64,000 bases of DNA. Origin: Candidatus Levyibacteriota bacterium. GTDB taxonomy: Bacteria > Patescibacteriota > Microgenomatia > Levybacterales > UBA12049. The translations under genes were made by a program, and so were the position numbers. Below are positions 8,714 to 19,202 of the stretch, in pieces (within the stretch, counting starts at the first letter, position 1; each line of letters opens with the position of its first letter). The notes under the pieces were generated by a model. It ran no database searches, was not told the DNA's origin, and saw nothing but the letters and a program-made list of their open reading frames with translations. The stretch covers positions 551,159 to 615,158 of the forward strand of contig CAWBPM010000002.1 of the NCBI GenBank assembly GCA_963790825.1. Reading direction: 5' to 3'.

Positions 8714-9229
8714 TCATTTTTCGTAGTATCCATGATAACGTATTGCTCTTACCTGTTCCCCTTGGTTATACGATACTCGACAATCAAGATTGGGTAGACT
8801 ATTACGAAAGATATTCCACCATAATACATCCCCAAATATGCCCTGGCTCGGCAAGGGATGAACAGTAGTATCCCAGTGGGAATGAGAAAAAATACTGAGA
8901 ATTACCGGATTTGCCAATTTACATAATGCAGCAGAAACGGTATCCGGATCTATTCCCAATCCCTCCCCTTTAATTATTTCTGTTCCCTTTGCTGATTTTA
9001 CAAACCCATATTCTCTTTCTTCTCGTTTGCTTTTTTCCATTAATTCCTCCTCTTCGACTAACGGATTTACTAACTGAAAAATAATGTTTTGGCTATAAAT
9101 TCTTATACCCGTAGGTGTGCTGGCTAGTATTTCATAACATCTTTCTGCATTTCCCTCTTTATATGCAGCGTCGAGCGACAAAATTCGCAGAGGTTTTATG
9201 TTTTCTGGGTTTTTTAACATAGGACACAT
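8714..9229 (-). CDS. hypothetical protein
   Basis: 171-aa ORF. The SHSHWD / WWN motifs are not assignable to a family. Confidence 0.45.
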   Translation of the reverse strand: MCPMLKNPENIKPLRILSLDAAYKEGNAERCYEILASTPTGIRIYSQNIIFQLVNPLVEEEELMEKSKREEREYGFVKSAKGTEIIKGEGLGIDPDTVSAALCKLANPVILSIFSHSHWDTTVHPLPSQGIFGDVLWWNIFRNSLPNLDCRVSYNQGEQVRAIRYHGYYEK

Positions 9230-9464
9230 TATAACATTTGTTCGTTTTTTGGAGTTTTATAAAAGTTGTAGCTACCATTTTCCTAGGTTTATGTGTGCAT
9301 TGAAACAAAGCTTGTTAAAAAATTTGGGCTTGTTTCCATGAGTACAGATAAATAAGAACAATATTTCTGGGCGTGCATTATTTTTAATGACAATTTGAAA
9401 CCGACACTTGACTACTTAAGTAATATAGTATTACAGTTTAGATAGAGTGAGGAGGTGATAATAA

Positions 9465-9659
9465 ATGGCTGAAGATAAACAAATGCATGCACATAAGGGT
9501 GGGCACTTCCTCTTTACGCTTGGTATCCTTGCCGTTGTTTACGGTATTACCCAGTATCTTATGGTAGGTCTTAACTGGCCTTCTTACGGAGCATGGATTG
9601 CAGGAGGAGTTTTGCTGCTTCTGGTTGCATGGTGGAAAAAGAGTAGGATGGCAAAATAA
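9465..9659 (+). CDS. small membrane protein
   Basis: GAGGAGGTG Shine-Dalgarno motif 7 nt upstream. Two hydrophobic helices. Confidence 0.55.
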   Translation: MAEDKQMHAHKGGHFLFTLGILAVVYGITQYLMVGLNWPSYGAWIAGGVLLLLVAWWKKSRMAK

Positions 9660-9779
9660 TGATCCATTCTAATGCTTAGTATAATATGGTGAAACATATT
9701 AAGTAGTAGTTTTTGTGATTTTTTAAAAACTTCCTTTTCGTTACTTTTTTTTACGGAGAAAGAAGAGAAAAATAGTAAT

Positions 9780-10571
9780 TTAGTTAACGACTCGTTTATG
9801 CTGATGATTCCCTATGTGTTCTCTGCAGTAACAGGTTGTCGGAGTGCACTCATTGCAGTAGCGGATATCCATATCGGGATTATCTATCTCATTCTTTCCG
9901 CAAACGCCGCAGACATGAAAAGGTATTGCCTTATGGAGCTTAATTTTCGACTTAGATGCGCTGCCCCGATAAACCGTCCGAGCGGTATATCGTAAATCGT
10001 CGTGGAAAAAGAGAAAAAAATTACTGATTGAAAGAAGCGTTAATACTTTTGTTTCGAGTGTTCCAAATATAAATGATGCAATCAGTCCAAGCCAAAGTAA
10101 ATACCCAAGCCATTTGACACGCACAGGAATAATAAAGAATAGTAATAGTTGAAACTCCGGATATAAGTACGTGAACGCCAAAAATAATGACACATAAATA
10201 AATGCATTTGATACTTGGATATCCGGAAAAAGCAATGCGGCTACTATCGTTCCCAAGTATGCTATTGAAATATAAATAATATAGCGAAAAGCCCCCCACT
10301 CGTTCTCAAGCGCCGTAGCGAAAAGATAAAAGAAATACCAGGCGAAAATAACAAAAATGAGACTTGACGAAACCGGCGCGAAAAGAATAGTAAAAAGTCT
10401 CCACACCTGTCCATGCAAAAGCTCTGCCCCTGTCAAATGGAAATATGATGCGAGGTCAGGACGAGAATACACCATAACATAACTTAACACTTGACCGATC
10501 AGTAAAATTTTCGTCGGATTTTCAGGAAAATATTTCCCGAACTTTCGCTCAAGAGTGCTCAGTATCGCCAT
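9780..10571 (-). CDS. rhomboid-like polytopic membrane protein (lacks the catalytic Ser/His) fused to a C-terminal Cys-rich zinc ribbon
   Basis: WRLFT and LENEWGAFRY resemble rhomboid TM2 and the L1/TM3 region. No GxSG or AHxxG motif is present. The C-terminus reads CGVCGKNE...CNECTPTTCYCREH. Confidence 0.45.
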   Translation of the reverse strand: MAILSTLERKFGKYFPENPTKILLIGQVLSYVMVYSRPDLASYFHLTGAELLHGQVWRLFTILFAPVSSSLIFVIFAWYFFYLFATALENEWGAFRYIIYISIAYLGTIVAALLFPDIQVSNAFIYVSLFLAFTYLYPEFQLLLFFIIPVRVKWLGYLLWLGLIASFIFGTLETKVLTLLSISNFFLFFHDDLRYTARTVYRGSASKSKIKLHKAIPFHVCGVCGKNEIDNPDMDIRYCNECTPTTCYCREHIGNHQHKRVVN

Positions 10572-10612
10572 ATTCGAATTGTATCACGGATAGATCAAAT
10601 TTGTGGCAATTC

Positions 10613-11257
10613 CTACCCTGGCTGCTTCCCATCTAAGAGATAAAGCAAATACGCTTCCAGAAGAATTGTAGGAGAAAAATCACCAATTGGTTTATCTGTT
10701 GGCGTAAGCATAATCCTTCGTCCATTTTTTTCTGCCTCAATAAAACACCCTTCCCTGATACTTGAATTATAACTGCCGAAAGGCGCAGGATTTTCGTATT
10801 CAACTATATATTCACACTCTCTCTTTAAATACTCCTGCCGTTCTTTCTCTGCTTTTTGTTCAGATTTTTCTTTAAATTGTTCATACTCCGGTGATGTCTC
10901 GTCAGGAGTACCCTCATCATATGCCTCCTCAAAATGTCTCGCTGCTTCGATAATGTCTGTCCATTCCCGACACAATATTGGCTGCTCTACTCCCATAGCC
11001 CTAGTAGTTTCCAGAAAATGGAGAAGAAAATCGTTCAACGGATACGTCTTGCTAAGTGTCACGCTCAATTTTCGATCATATTCGCTCCTCAATGTATTTC
11101 GAAATCCGACAATTTTAAAATCAGGTGTGGGTGCATCGTTCCTCCTTGCTTCTCGTGCGAGCACAGTTGCAGCCCATCTATCACTTACTACCAGATTTTC
11201 TGGGACTTGAGGGATACTTTGTATGACTTTGCCAATCCTCTGTTCAGCGTTTCTCAT
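10613..11257 (-). CDS. hypothetical protein
   Basis: 214-aa ORF, acidic, no motif recognised. Confidence 0.5.
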   Translation of the reverse strand: MRNAEQRIGKVIQSIPQVPENLVVSDRWAATVLAREARRNDAPTPDFKIVGFRNTLRSEYDRKLSVTLSKTYPLNDFLLHFLETTRAMGVEQPILCREWTDIIEAARHFEEAYDEGTPDETSPEYEQFKEKSEQKAEKERQEYLKRECEYIVEYENPAPFGSYNSSIREGCFIEAEKNGRRIMLTPTDKPIGDFSPTILLEAYLLYLLDGKQPG

Positions 11258-11373
11258 TGATTAGACGGTATTGTATAAAACATTATAAGTATTTGCAATT
11301 ACCACTCTTTCTCCCCTTTAATTGACTTCATAAGTCTTCTATATTCCTGCGGAAGAATCCTGCGTATTCTCTC

Positions 11374-12870
11374 TTATCTAAAATTGCTGATTTTATATTT
11401 CTGAACAAGAGTCTGGTTTTTTGGAACATTTCGCACCAGAATAACCATTTGATTATCCCGGTAAATCGGAATAAAGTTTTTATCTTTCCCGATACTGGTA
11501 ATAAAATTGTAGGTAGGAAAAGTCCTCGCAACTATGATCGAATTGATATTGTATTTTCGAGCTTGAGCGTCAAAAAATGTAGGATCAGATAGCATTTTAT
11601 TGTAATCATTCCAGAAAGACGGAGGGAATGCATCATGCACGGCAAAAACAAAATCTTTTTCCTTCGGATATAATTTATATGTCGCATATCCACTGCTATC
11701 ATAATCATTAAATACCGGTCCCTGGATATTATTTGCGAGATAGAAATTAAATCCTTTCTCAAAATCCTGTTCAAAATATAATCCTAAATTACCCGATGCT
11801 TGTGTTATTTCTATCATCACAACGACAAAAACACCAAGACCGACAACTGTCATAAATGGCTTGTACATACCTGGAATTTTTACTCTTATTTTTTTGTCCA
11901 GTTCCTTAAAACACAATGCGAATGGGATTAAAGTAAGAAGCGCGAAAACTGCTTCAAGTCGCATAATAGCAATTGACAGAATTGATAAAAATAGTGAGAG
12001 CAGTAAATGTCTTATGGGAATTTTTTTGTAAAAAGGTATGATAAGTGCAAAAAAAAGAACAAATGAGACTGTGAATGTTATTATGCTCATCTTGAAGATT
12101 AAAGGAATAACCGACCAGTCGGTATTTGATAAAAAATGAAGCAGTGATTCTTGCTCGTCGTTATATGTTCCATAGTAATTTGATGAGGTAATCGGTAAAA
12201 ATACGGCTTTGCTAAAAAACGGGTTAAGAAACATGGCAAATACTGTTAAGAGAAAGCTCACAATAATAGACTTATTTATCTTTTGTCTATGCAGAATAAT
12301 GTTTTCGACAAGATATGATCCAAGTATGATCGGCCCGAAAATAAAAAACCCGTGTGTGTTTACCCATATTACTTCAAGAATCGGCAAGAGATATAGTAGG
12401 AACGTATTTTTATGATCATCGTATTTTTCAATAATCCGAATGAAAATTGCTAAAAAAAGATAAGAAAAGATTTCCGGCCGGGCTCTAAAGCGTAATAAAA
12501 ATGTCGTCACTGCGAGTATCATGATTGAGGCAGTCCAGAATGAAAATCCTCCCTTTTTTAAAGCAAGCCAATACACCAGAGCAAAACTTGCAAAAATACA
12601 AAGTACCTCTAGCCATAAGATACTCGTAAGACCGAAAGACGTACTTGAGAGATAAAATACCGCTTCCGACAGCCATTCGTTCTGCACCCAGGGATAATTA
12701 GGATATGTATAAGAAAGAGTGTTAACACCCGGAACGCAATGACAGGCAAGAATAATCTTTCCCATTGTCAGATGTCTGCCGAGTTCTAAAATTGAAGATC
12801 TGTCTATTTGTAAGAGAAGAATGAATAGATAAAACAGGGGGGGAAGAAAAATCAATGATTTTTTAAACAC
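11374..12870 (-). CDS. polytopic membrane protein, putative GT-C-type glycosyltransferase
   Basis: At least 10 hydrophobic helices in the N-terminal 350 aa, followed by a soluble C-terminal domain. Assignment is by architecture only. Confidence 0.5.
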   Translation of the reverse strand: MFKKSLIFLPPLFYLFILLLQIDRSSILELGRHLTMGKIILACHCVPGVNTLSYTYPNYPWVQNEWLSEAVFYLSSTSFGLTSILWLEVLCIFASFALVYWLALKKGGFSFWTASIMILAVTTFLLRFRARPEIFSYLFLAIFIRIIEKYDDHKNTFLLYLLPILEVIWVNTHGFFIFGPIILGSYLVENIILHRQKINKSIIVSFLLTVFAMFLNPFFSKAVFLPITSSNYYGTYNDEQESLLHFLSNTDWSVIPLIFKMSIITFTVSFVLFFALIIPFYKKIPIRHLLLSLFLSILSIAIMRLEAVFALLTLIPFALCFKELDKKIRVKIPGMYKPFMTVVGLGVFVVVMIEITQASGNLGLYFEQDFEKGFNFYLANNIQGPVFNDYDSSGYATYKLYPKEKDFVFAVHDAFPPSFWNDYNKMLSDPTFFDAQARKYNINSIIVARTFPTYNFITSIGKDKNFIPIYRDNQMVILVRNVPKNQTLVQKYKISNFR

Positions 12871-13007
12871 AGATTTACTTTAGCATCATTATCTTTCATC
12901 TTCAATGTATAATTTCTTCTCTTTTTTACTTCTATTAAGCCAGGTTCAAGTGGTGTATTATCTAAGTAGTTATATTTCGATAAATTTAGCAAAACACTTA
13001 TCTAGTT

Positions 13008-14441
13008 ATGTACTCAAAAGTGAACACTTTTCTAAGTAGTATTAAATCAAAAGTAAAAAAAATTTACTCTTCCTGCGCTTTGCTAAAGCAAAAAACTTGG
13101 CAAAGTGCAGTAAGTATCGTTTCTAAGATTACAAAAAATTGGCGTAGTGTTCCTCAGGGAATTAAATCGCTTAATGTCTCTAGTTTACCCCGACTTAGAA
13201 GAGATTCGCCAACACGAACAGCATCATATCTTATGAGACATAAAATTTTGCTTATTGTTACAGGTTTTTTAGTTTTGTTTGTTGTAGGAGCATTGTGGTT
13301 TAGATCTTATGCTCTCTCTAAAATGAAACCGCCTCCGCAAATAGAAGGCGACAATTATTATTCCACTTCATCTAATCATCCGACTTCAGCTCCCGACAGC
13401 CCCACTCCAACAGGTAGCCCGACGCCTTCTGATAATAGTGTTTTGGGATCTTCTTACGATAGCGGCAGCGATTATTCTGTACCTTCGCCATATCCGACTC
13501 TTCCCCCGGTTCCAACACTTATTCCCCTGACCACGACCACATCCTCCACGAGTAATACTTCAGGAAATTCCAACTGCACGACCGGCTCAGGTACGCCGAA
13601 CTTATGGTATTCCGACGTTTATCCGAACCCTCCGATTAATGCGAGTAACGGTTCAGTAACGCTACAAGTTACCATCCGCGACTGTAATAAAAATACAGCG
13701 TCGGTAAATGATAATTTGACTATTTCACTCTCGTCGAGCGATTCAACTGCCCGCGTTAACGGTTCCACGCCGCCTGTAAATATTCAGGCATCAAACGGTC
13801 AGGCCAGTTTCACTGTCAGTTCTCAAAATACGACAAACGACACATTTGTCGTGCAGGACACTACAAGCTCGTTTACTATAACCAATACAAATAACAATAA
13901 CCCTAGTGTTTCTTTCACGAACAATAATAGTTCCACAAACTCCATTACAAACTCTAACTGCACTACCGTCTCAGGTACGCCGAACTCATGGTACTCTGAT
14001 GCCTATCCCGCGTCTCCGGTTTCTGCTACCACCGGCTCACCGGTAACTTTTACTGTTGATATCCGTGACTGCGCTAAAAATACGGTGTCTTCTGATAGTA
14101 TCACAATTTCTCAAACCTCGAGCGATTCCAGTCTGACTATCAATGGCTCTGCCCCACCGGTAACGATTCAGGTATCAAACGGTCAGGGAAGCTTCACGGT
14201 TAATTCGCAAAACGCCGGGACAGACATACTCTCAGTTCAAGATACGACAAGTTCATTCGGGATAACCGATACGAATAATAATAATCCCCAGATTGTTTTT
14301 AGCGGCTCATCGACAAGTACTCCAACCCCGACGCCAAATCCTGCAAATACTTCTACCCCGACTCCATCTCAAGCAGCAACTCCTACTCCCACACCTACCA
14401 ATTCCCCAACCCCAAGTTCACCAACTCCTACCCTGCACTAA
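13008..14441 (+). CDS. cell-surface protein with an N-terminal transmembrane anchor, two bacterial Ig-like (Big/invasin-like) domains and Thr/Pro-rich linkers
   Basis: An internal ~128-aa unit is duplicated (CTTGSGTPNLWYSD...NGQASFTVSSQN versus CTTVSGTPNSWYSD...NGQGSFTVNSQN). A PTPTPT tail follows. Confidence 0.65.
   Translation: MYSKVNTFLSSIKSKVKKIYSSCALLKQKTWQSAVSIVSKITKNWRSVPQGIKSLNVSSLPRLRRDSPTRTASYLMRHKILLIVTGFLVLFVVGALWFRSYALSKMKPPPQIEGDNYYSTSSNHPTSAPDSPTPTGSPTPSDNSVLGSSYDSGSDYSVPSPYPTLPPVPTLIPLTTTTSSTSNTSGNSNCTTGSGTPNLWYSDVYPNPPINASNGSVTLQVTIRDCNKNTASVNDNLTISLSSSDSTARVNGSTPPVNIQASNGQASFTVSSQNTTNDTFVVQDTTSSFTITNTNNNNPSVSFTNNNSSTNSITNSNCTTVSGTPNSWYSDAYPASPVSATTGSPVTFTVDIRDCAKNTVSSDSITISQTSSDSSLTINGSAPPVTIQVSNGQGSFTVNSQNAGTDILSVQDTTSSFGITDTNNNNPQIVFSGSSTSTPTPTPNPANTSTPTPSQAATPTPTPTNSPTPSSPTPTLH
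13567..14305 (+). repeat. tandem ~384-bp intragenic repeat (2 units) encoding the Ig-like domains
   Basis: The repeat is visible at DNA level as well as protein level, about 65-70% identical. Confidence 0.55.
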
Positions 14442-14496
14442 CTAATACTACATCTGTAAGTTCAGTGGTTCGATGTTTAAACCCGGGGTTTTGTAA

Positions 14497-15117
14497 TTAT
14501 TGACTTAATGATGAATCAGTAAATTTCCAGATCTGTATCTGTGATATTTTAGAAGGAGATTTACAGACAGGAAAGGGAATCAACTTTTTACCATTTTTAT
14601 CCTGAAATACGATAAGGTTGGTATCGGGAAATGTGTATTCAAATCCAATCGGTACCGTATGAATACCTTCCGCGCAAAGCGAGCTGTACGAATATTGATA
14701 TTTGGTGGTTAATGTTTTATTGGGATTTATGCTTATGTTGTTACTACCTTTATCAGTAATGTTAGTCACTTCGACAATAGAGATATTATTATTGTTAAGC
14801 ATATCTGTATAAACTATTGCAAATTTGTCCGTTTCATTTACTAAGCAGGTTTGGGAAGTTATATTTTTAACGGTCAGCTCGCCGTTAATACTTTTACCAT
14901 TATCATTTTCCGTCACTTCTCCTCTTAGATCATTCTCATCGCAAGGTTTTGCAGTTGGAGCTTGTGTAGCTGTTAATCCAAATGCACCCGACCGAGGCGA
15001 GATTTGCTTATTATTATTGCCTTGCTTTTCCAGAAAGAGTAGTGGGATTAATCCACCTACCAGACCTCCGAGCAATAAAAAGGCTATAATTAATACGACT
15101 CCCCTTTTAATACTCAT
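14497..15117 (-). CDS. secreted hypothetical protein
   Basis: N-terminal signal or anchor (VVLIIAFLLLGGLVGGLI). Asn/Thr-rich. Confidence 0.5.
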   Translation of the reverse strand: MSIKRGVVLIIAFLLLGGLVGGLIPLLFLEKQGNNNKQISPRSGAFGLTATQAPTAKPCDENDLRGEVTENDNGKSINGELTVKNITSQTCLVNETDKFAIVYTDMLNNNNISIVEVTNITDKGSNNISINPNKTLTTKYQYSYSSLCAEGIHTVPIGFEYTFPDTNLIVFQDKNGKKLIPFPVCKSPSKISQIQIWKFTDSSLSQ

Positions 15118-15263
15118 TCTAAAATTATAACAGCTGCCTGTGAAAATAACACAATCCTGTTTGATATAGTTAGTAGTAAATTTTGATGATAAAATGGGAC
15201 TCCCTTACGTTTACGTACCTCGAATGCATTTTCTGAAATCAGATGATATTTACGAGATAATAT

Positions 15264-15626
15264 TTATTTGAATAATCTGCTAAAGGGCTGGTGGCGTAAG
15301 GGTATATTTTTTATTTCTTCGGGCGTAAACCATTCAACATCAAGCAACTCTTCTTTATCCCAGTTTATATCTCCACCAATAACATTTGCTGAAAAAATAT
15401 GTATTTCAGCAATATCCTTATAATTATCGGTAAATACCTCATCTTCAACTTCTAAATATAACCCGGTTTCTTCCTCCCCTTCCCGTCTCGCTGCCTGTTT
15501 TAATGTTTCGCCTTTATTGACATGTCCTGACGGCAAATTCCAAAGTTTATATGCCCGTTGTTGTTTTTCCTGTACAAGTATGAATTTACCATTCTTTTTT
15601 ACTAAAACACCTGCTATGAGTTCCAT
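15264..15626 (-). CDS. NUDIX hydrolase
   Basis: Nudix box GHVNKGETLKQAARREGEEETG. Confidence 0.8.
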   Translation of the reverse strand: MELIAGVLVKKNGKFILVQEKQQRAYKLWNLPSGHVNKGETLKQAARREGEEETGLYLEVEDEVFTDNYKDIAEIHIFSANVIGGDINWDKEELLDVEWFTPEEIKNIPLRHQPFSRLFK

Positions 15627-15663
15627 GAGAGAATTATACCAGAAGTTATATTAAGAATTCAGT

Positions 15664-16747
15664 TGTGTATGCGTCACGCACTTATTGGAATCTTGGCTTG
15701 TATAAAGGACATAGGCGACATATATTTAAGCGAAGCATGTGGCCTCTTATAGTTATACCAGTATAAATACTTTGTGAGCTTTTTTGCAAATGCTTCTGAG
15801 TCATAGTAAATCTCGTCATTTCTTAAAATGAATTCCTCCTGGATTGTCCGATTGAATCTCTCAATGTAACTATTAATCTTTGGCATTCTGGGATAGATAA
15901 ATTGATGTTTAATTTTCTGTTCAACTATATACTCATGGAATGATTTGAGAAACTCTGATCCATTATCTGTTTGGATTGTATGAATCGGTGTTGGATTATT
16001 GCACTGGAACTGCTTAAAAACCTCTCTTGCTGTTACTGAGGAGAGATCCGGTACATATACAACTAAGGCAAATTTTGTGTAAATATCAATCACACACATA
16101 AACAAATGTTTCTCAAAATTGATATAGACAACTACTGAATCCATCTCAATAAATCCAGGAGAAACTACCTTAGGAGACTTTCTCACTCTTAGCTTTTTGA
16201 ACTTGTTTTTTTGTTTCTGTGGGTAGACTTTCTTCTCAAATGTTAAGTGACGTCTTTTAAGTACTTTCCCAATAGTACTTTCTGCCAAGGTCTTAATACC
16301 CAGCTCTTTGGCATACGCATCAACAAAGGGCTTGAGCATACTTTTACCAATATTCCCATGCTCATGCCTCATCTCTCTAATGAACTCAATTATTCTCCAG
16401 TCTGTCTCCATCTTTCGCACATGGAGAGGTCTAGTTCCGTGTGGCACTAAACTGATTGTCCTTTTTCCGTTGTGTTCATAAGCATTTCTCCAGTTGTATA
16501 AGCTGCTCTTCTTTATTTTGAATGCAGCAAGGGTTGGACGCAGTCCATACTTGTAGTAGTGATTAATCACGTGAAGGCGAAAAGCAGCTACATCGGATAC
16601 TTCAACTGCTAATGAATTCTGGAGCATTTTCATCAGTATATGATAGCTCTTTTGTGAGTATTTTGGTCGTAAATGTCTTACTCGTTTAAAATCACTTGGC
16701 ATAGAATCTTCTTCCTTAAGATTCCAATATGTATCGTGACTTATTCA
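15664..16747 (-). mobile_element. IS481-family insertion sequence (copy 1)
   Basis: Single 342-aa transposase. Imperfect terminal inverted repeats: tgtgtatgcgtcacg...attggaatctt on the left and aagattccaata...cgtgac on the right. Boundaries are approximate. Confidence 0.65.
15674..16702 (-). CDS. IS481-family DDE transposase (HTH plus rve integrase core)
   Basis: HTIQTDNGSEF...YNYKRPHASL is an integrase-core signature. Confidence 0.85.
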   Translation of the reverse strand: MPSDFKRVRHLRPKYSQKSYHILMKMLQNSLAVEVSDVAAFRLHVINHYYKYGLRPTLAAFKIKKSSLYNWRNAYEHNGKRTISLVPHGTRPLHVRKMETDWRIIEFIREMRHEHGNIGKSMLKPFVDAYAKELGIKTLAESTIGKVLKRRHLTFEKKVYPQKQKNKFKKLRVRKSPKVVSPGFIEMDSVVVYINFEKHLFMCVIDIYTKFALVVYVPDLSSVTAREVFKQFQCNNPTPIHTIQTDNGSEFLKSFHEYIVEQKIKHQFIYPRMPKINSYIERFNRTIQEEFILRNDEIYYDSEAFAKKLTKYLYWYNYKRPHASLKYMSPMSFIQAKIPISA

Positions 16748-16840
16748 AGTTGTTCAGCTCGTCTAGTTGAATGTGCGGGAAGCTACTTTCTGAATTACTG
16801 AGCTCCGCCTGATAGACAACGTTAGAGCCTACCACTTCGG

Positions 16841-17146
16841 TTATCTGAAAATTCTCAGAGAAAGCAAAACGAAGATTAGTATTGTAATTCCTGCAAAAAT
16901 TGCGAGAGTTTTAAGAAAAAGATTTACCGCATTTTTCTTGTGTCCATCCAGAAAAAGCAGGAGGGGCTGGTATAAAAATAGGTACCCCATCATAGCGGCA
17001 GATAACGTAAAAAGAGAAATCATCGCAACCGGTACGAGCAGAGAGTTTGCGGGACCAAATAAGTTCTTCCCATAAAACATCAATGAAGCAACAGCTGTGA
17101 TGTACAAAGTTGCTGCAATAGCGTTGATAAATGGATTTTTTGTCAT
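16841..17146 (-). CDS. small membrane protein
   Basis: 101 aa with three hydrophobic helices. Confidence 0.45.
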   Translation of the reverse strand: MTKNPFINAIAATLYITAVASLMFYGKNLFGPANSLLVPVAMISLFTLSAAMMGYLFLYQPLLLFLDGHKKNAVNLFLKTLAIFAGITILIFVLLSLRIFR

Positions 17147-17316
17147 CTCAATCTTATTATAACACTTCCAAAACCCAACTCCGCATCGGGAATAACATTA
17201 GAACCGTTATGGAGCATCAAGAAGAGTATTTTTATATTCCAGATTTAAAACCAGTCGCATAAGTTACCCCACCCTGCTACTCACTATCATTTTAAGGTGT
17301 ATAATACAACAGTAAT

Positions 17317-17802
17317 ATGGCTGGATTTGAAAGACTTCTAAGTCAAGGACTTGAAGCAGGCTATGCCGATGGAACACAACGAGAAGTTGTTCAGCGTGGT
17401 TCATTTCAAATGGAGACAAGTCAATATATTTCTCCTACAGGAGGCATCTATCGAGATGAATGGATTGCGGATAGGACAGGAGGAGGGCAAGAGATTGTTC
17501 AATCAGGCGAAGTGAGATATACACGATTATATGCGGGGGGAACAACTAGGATTGATGAATTATCAGCACTTGGATTAACCAAAAAGGATGTTACAAGATA
17601 TCTAAAGAAGAAGATTAAAGGCCTTGGAGAAAAAACTAGGCTTTCTACAAATTGCAACCCAGAGCCTGATGGTGATTGGCAATATACCTATACGCTGCGT
17701 GAACAAATAGATAATATTCCTTTAACGGTAGGTATGGAAACAATAACATTTAAGGGAACACTTGTCTTCGCTCACGCATTCTTGCATACTCCTGTTGAAT
17801 GA
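17317..17802 (+). CDS. hypothetical protein
   Basis: 161-aa ORF. Confidence 0.5.
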   Translation: MAGFERLLSQGLEAGYADGTQREVVQRGSFQMETSQYISPTGGIYRDEWIADRTGGGQEIVQSGEVRYTRLYAGGTTRIDELSALGLTKKDVTRYLKKKIKGLGEKTRLSTNCNPEPDGDWQYTYTLREQIDNIPLTVGMETITFKGTLVFAHAFLHTPVE

Positions 17803-17889
17803 GGTACATTTGCTCCTTGACTTCATGCACTTCGAACGCATTTTATGGAGAATGAGGATGAATATACCCAGGTTTTTTTGTAATTGAAG

Positions 17890-18522
17890 TTATCCTGTTC
17901 TATGAAATGCTATTGCATGTTTTGATGGAGTATGAAATGGCAGATATGGATTTGCTGAATGGTCATTCGCAAATCGTCTTCCTAAGTCCGGATGAGGCAT
18001 TGCCGAATCCCAATACCCTAATATCACCTTCGATTGATCCCGATTAAAATAAACTTCATCGAATAATACAGCGTGTGCTCCTCCAGTTGGAGTAATGAGA
18101 CCTAGTTGAACAAACGCTCCATCTTGCAATGAATGAATAAGCTCTATTCCACTCGGAAGGACTACTGCACTTGTTTGCATAGGGATACTAGCTGCTTGCG
18201 TTAAAGTATTTATATCTCTTACAAGAGCATCCTGATGTCTTTCTTGTATAAGTAATCCATTATTCTCAATCGCATTTGCTTGTTTTGCCCGTCTTAGAAT
18301 TTCACTTACAACGTTCATTCGCTTCGTATCGTCATAAGTATAAGCTGAAAGAGCCATATCAATACCGGCTAGCCAACAAAGATCAGCTGTCTCAAGTTCC
18401 TTAATCAGACCCTCCTGAACAAATCCTCGATATTTTTCACTCAACTGGTAACGAAACTGAATATGTTTAGAAATAGGTAAATTGCCGTCAGCCTCTGACA
18501 TGCTTTTTATTTTCTCAGCCAT
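17890..18522 (-). CDS. hypothetical protein, possible papain-like (Cys/His) fold
   Basis: Cys in LCWLAGIDMAL and His in GGAHAVLFDE are spaced like C39-type peptidases. Weak evidence. Confidence 0.45.
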   Translation of the reverse strand: MAEKIKSMSEADGNLPISKHIQFRYQLSEKYRGFVQEGLIKELETADLCWLAGIDMALSAYTYDDTKRMNVVSEILRRAKQANAIENNGLLIQERHQDALVRDINTLTQAASIPMQTSAVVLPSGIELIHSLQDGAFVQLGLITPTGGAHAVLFDEVYFNRDQSKVILGYWDSAMPHPDLGRRFANDHSANPYLPFHTPSKHAIAFHRTG

Positions 18523-18658
18523 GTTATCAGAAGTTTATCAGAAAAAAGGATATAATTCAAACTATAAGACTTAAGCTCCTTCTGGTTGAATATGTAGGGA
18601 ACTGGTACTCACTGTGGTTTGTTTTTATTGAAATCTAAGGAAATAGGCATTTTCTAAA

Positions 18659-19021
18659 CTATTTCATAGGGGTATTTAATTGGAAATAGTTACCATCAGG
18701 ATCTGCAAGTGTAGCCAGTTCCATTTCTTTGTCTTCACCAGGATGATATGGTGCAGCAATTTCTTTCGCACCCATCTTTTTCATTCTTTTGAATTCATTC
18801 GCTACATCATTTGTCTCAAAATTAAACATCATTCTCTCAGGATTTTTATTCTGTCCCCGTACTTTACTATGAGGACCAATCATGAACCAAGCTGATCCTA
18901 CTTCAAAACTTTGAAAATCTCCGCCTGACCAATCAGGATCTCTTTGTAAGATTTTTTTATAGAATTCAACTAACGAGGAAGGATTTTCTGAAAATAGCAA
19001 TATAGAATTAAGTTTTAGCAT
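18659..19021 (-). CDS. VOC / glyoxalase-bleomycin resistance family protein
   Basis: Size and profile are typical of glyoxalase family I. Confidence 0.7.
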   Translation of the reverse strand: MLKLNSILLFSENPSSLVEFYKKILQRDPDWSGGDFQSFEVGSAWFMIGPHSKVRGQNKNPERMMFNFETNDVANEFKRMKKMGAKEIAAPYHPGEDKEMELATLADPDGNYFQLNTPMK

Positions 19022-19202
19022 TAAATATTAATAGCAGTCTTGTGTAAAAATTAAATACAGCAAAGGGTAAGAATGAGGTAAGGGCTAACCGGGGTAAAAT
19101 ATATTGGGATTTGTATGCCGGGTAGATTACTCTTTTATTACCTAATGTTAATAAATTAAATTTGCTATTTTTTGCGTAACGTTTTAAAATTAGAAATAAT
19201 CT

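Noticed and set aside
8714-9229. M15/VanY-type peptidase assignment for the 171-aa protein (SHSHWD, WWN)
   Set aside because: Motif spacing does not match SxHxxGxAxD...H of M15 peptidases. Left as hypothetical.
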